From positions 14,844 to 78,843 of the forward strand of contig CAUGPT010000004.1 in the NCBI GenBank assembly GCA_959601495.1: a stretch of DNA of 64,000 bases, written 5' to 3'. Source of the stretch: an uncultured Eubacteriales bacterium (GTDB taxonomy: Bacteria; Bacillota; Clostridia; Oscillospirales; CAG-272). Each line of letters starts with the position of its first letter. Within the stretch, counting starts at the first letter, position 1. Positions 60,640-64,000 of this stretch are shown piece after piece. The position numbers were made by a program, and so were the translations under genes. The notes below the pieces were generated by a model that was not told where the DNA came from, searched no databases, and saw nothing but the letters and a program-made list of their open reading frames with translations.

Positions 60640-61526
60640 GCAGCCTCGGTGAGATAAAGAGTCATATAGGCGCAATTGAACAGACGCGGCAGATAACAAA
60701 CGCAATGTACCTCATATCCGCGTCAAAGATGCGCAGCACCATAAAGAAGATAGACTATAACGTCAAATATATGGCGCGTCTGCGCTCTACTATGAAGGAT
60801 ATTCTTTTGCATACGGACGATCTTTCGGGCTATCATTTCATAAGGCGCAGAAAAGAAAGCCGCAATGTGCTTCTTATCCTTGTAACGGGCGATAAGGGCA
60901 TGTGCGGCGGATACAATCTTAACGCCGAGGCGGTATTCAGAGACGCCGAAGAAAAATTCAAAAGCCGCGGCGTCGGCGTGCGCATAGGCACCGTCGGCAT
61001 CGTTGGCGAGGAGTTTCTGGAGAGCCGCAATACTCCGCCGGACTTTCGGTGGAGAGGCGTTATTCAGGATCCCACGCTGTACAGCGCGCGTCAGATAGCG
61101 TCGACCGTTATCGAAGAATACGACAGCGGCAGAGCGGATGAAATATACATGGTATATACCAGGTACCGCAATTCGGCGGTGCAGACGGCTGATATCATGC
61201 AGCTTCTGCCCATTGAGCTTGAGGACTACGAGGATGTCGGCGTTGAGTACAGCGAGAGAACACATATGAATTTCGAGCCGTCGCCGAAGGCGGTTTTCGC
61301 AAATCTTGTGCCGCAGTATCTTATAGCGCTTATTTTCAACATGCTTGTACAGTCGTCCACGGGCGAATACGCGGCGCGTATGAACGCCATGCAGACTTCG
61401 ACCTCCAATGCGGACGAAATGCTCTCTGCGCTGCGCAGCGAGTATAACAGAACAAGACAGCTTGACATTACAAACGAGATCATAGAAATTGCCGCCACCA
61501 CCGGAACGGTCAGCGACGGCAACTGA
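60636..61526 (+). CDS. atpG: F-type ATP synthase subunit gamma
   Basis: N-terminus LGEIKSHIGAIEQTRQITNAMYLISASKM and C-terminus ITNEIIEI. GTGA overlap with the atpA stop, with GGAGG 7 nt upstream. Confidence 0.9.
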   Translation: MSSLGEIKSHIGAIEQTRQITNAMYLISASKMRSTIKKIDYNVKYMARLRSTMKDILLHTDDLSGYHFIRRRKESRNVLLILVTGDKGMCGGYNLNAEAVFRDAEEKFKSRGVGVRIGTVGIVGEEFLESRNTPPDFRWRGVIQDPTLYSARQIASTVIEEYDSGRADEIYMVYTRYRNSAVQTADIMQLLPIELEDYEDVGVEYSERTHMNFEPSPKAVFANLVPQYLIALIFNMLVQSSTGEYAARMNAMQTSTSNADEMLSALRSEYNRTRQLDITNEIIEIAATTGTVSDGN

Positions 61527-62948
<1,422 letters not shown>

Positions 62949-62975
62949 TGCCGTGCCGGAAAGGAGAGTGGCGCA

Positions 62976-63383
62976 TTGAACACTTTCAAGCTTGAAGTGC
63001 TGACGCCGAAAAGAGAATTTTACAGCGGCGACGTTGAAGCGGTTACGATCGTACTTGACGACGGTGAGATGACCATTCTCAGAGATCACGAGCCGATGCT
63101 TGCCGCGCTTGAGATAGGCGAGATGCGAATAAAGACCGAAGAAGGGTGGAGAAGCGCTTTTGCTTCTCAGGGCTTTGTGGAGGTCAGACCGGATGAGACG
63201 CTTATATTCGTGCAGGCGTGCGAGTGGCCCGAGGATATAGACGAGGCACGCGCCGAGGAGACGCGTCAGCGCGCTGCGGAAGCCATGCGGCAGAAGCTGA
63301 GCATCATTGAGTATAAGGAGAGCCAGGCTGCCCTTGCAAGGGCTATGACAAGGCTCAGAGTCAAAAAGCATCTGAATTATTGA
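62976..63383 (+). CDS. atpC: F-type ATP synthase subunit epsilon
   Basis: 135 aa, N-terminal beta-sandwich plus a C-terminal helical hairpin. TTG start after AAGGAG. Last gene of the operon. Confidence 0.85.
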   Translation: MNTFKLEVLTPKREFYSGDVEAVTIVLDDGEMTILRDHEPMLAALEIGEMRIKTEEGWRSAFASQGFVEVRPDETLIFVQACEWPEDIDEARAEETRQRAAEAMRQKLSIIEYKESQAALARAMTRLRVKKHLNY

Positions 63384-63488
63384 TTTATTATATTTGCGGG
63401 GCTCCGCGCCCCGCACCCCGACCGATATATATGGGGCTTCACCCCATACCCCGACCCGAAAAAACCGGGCAGGATAGGTTTCAGACTA

Positions 63489-64000
63489 TCAAATAAAGAA
63501 AGCAAAAAGGCTGCCGCACGGCAGCCTTTTTTTCTCATCCGTTTCGGCAACAGCTTCCATGTCCGAAACAAGAGTATCCCTTGATGTTTCGGTCTCCTCG
63601 GAGAACTGCACATCCGAAGCCTGCTCAAGCTGATAGCTCTTCGCACCGTCGTAGTCGTCCTTTGAGAAATGACGAGTCTGCACATCGCTGTCGGAATTCA
63701 CCATGAACGCTATTTGCGGATTCTGATGATTCTTTGCTATGTTGTCATGGTCGTATTCCATGTTATAATCCATGACCGACGCGATTTTGAAACCCAAGTA
63801 CTTCTCATAAAACTTATGCAACGGCTGATTCGGCGACATATAGCAGTCAAGGGTACTTGTGCGTTCTTTCACAACAGGCGCTATTGCACTGAGAAATCCT
63901 CTTTGTGTTCCGAGGTTATAAACACTTACAATGTCACCGTCTTTAGTAATGGCAAAGCCGCTCATACCGTCGTCGGTGATGTAGTTCGTCATATCCTCAT
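63489..64000 (-). CDS. Hypothetical protein with a GNAT-like acetyltransferase-fold signature; may extend past the window edge
   Basis: GFAITKDGDIVSVYNL...GFLSAI...KFYEKYLGFKIAS resembles a GNAT core. The frame stays open upstream of ATG 63992 to the window end. The last codons overlap the atp terminator hairpin. Confidence 0.35.
   Translation of the reverse strand, partial: EDMTNYITDDGMSGFAITKDGDIVSVYNLGTQRGFLSAIAPVVKERTSTLDCYMSPNQPLHKFYEKYLGFKIASVMDYNMEYDHDNIAKNHQNPQIAFMVNSDSDVQTRHFSKDDYDGAKSYQLEQASDVQFSEETETSRDTLVSDMEAVAETDEKKRLPCGSLFAFFI
63509..63533 (+). terminator. Intrinsic terminator of the atp operon (bidirectional shape)
   Basis: GGCTGCC-gcac-GGCAGCC flanked by AAAAA upstream and TTTTTTT downstream. 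Overlaps the 3' end of the convergent ORF. Confidence 0.7.

Noticed and set aside
63396-63450. GC-rich hairpins right after atpC (GCGGGGC-tccgc-GCCCCGC and ATGGGG-cttc-ACCCCAT), considered as the operon terminator.
   Set aside because: Neither is followed by a U-tract. The canonical terminator with a TTTTTTT tail lies further downstream at 63509-63533. These hairpins may simply be part of the 3' UTR.

Overview
This 64-kb chromosomal window looks like it comes from a moderately GC-rich, endospore-forming Firmicute (Clostridia-like). That origin is inferred from spoIIP, gpr, cotJABC, dcw and atp content. Most of it is core genes. In order: a trimmed dcw cluster (PBP-murE-mraY-SEDS-murG-ftsQ-ftsZ), hom, coaW-spoIIP-gpr, an orphan OppA-like lipoprotein, and a DUF4364 / small sigma factor / CxxC zinc-ribbon trio. 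Next come cotJABC, a zinc-ribbon membrane protein with tandem repeats followed by an ABC-2-type transporter, rnhA flanked by two lipoproteins, and DUF1015. A visibly AT-richer accessory island follows (about 30.9-44.0 kb). It carries a 1533-aa secreted multi-cohesin-like protein and a Wzx/Wzy glycan locus (2 GT4, Wzy, pyruvyl transferase, Wzx, FrhB-like Fe-S protein, rubredoxin). After the island come NfeD-flotillin, DUF1836, Nif3-TrmK, DUF1858-murA, DUF3810-RluA-Lnt-RluA, upp and a complete F1Fo atp operon. I recognised no rRNA, tRNA, CRISPR array, transposase or integrase. The best leads are: (1) two promoter-to-terminator units with no credible ORF in the gpr-spoIIP gap, which are candidate new ncRNAs; (2) the giant cohesin-like protein coupled to the glycan locus, with its pyruvyl transferase / FrhB-like / rubredoxin tail; (3) in-frame tandem repeats in CotJA, the zinc-ribbon protein and NfeD; (4) an atp operon with a 74-aa mini-delta subunit; (5) an Lnt homologue in a spore former; (6) short GC-rich direct repeats in gene-free spacers. 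All family calls come from motif recognition by eye on the supplied translations. No database search, folding or statistics were run.
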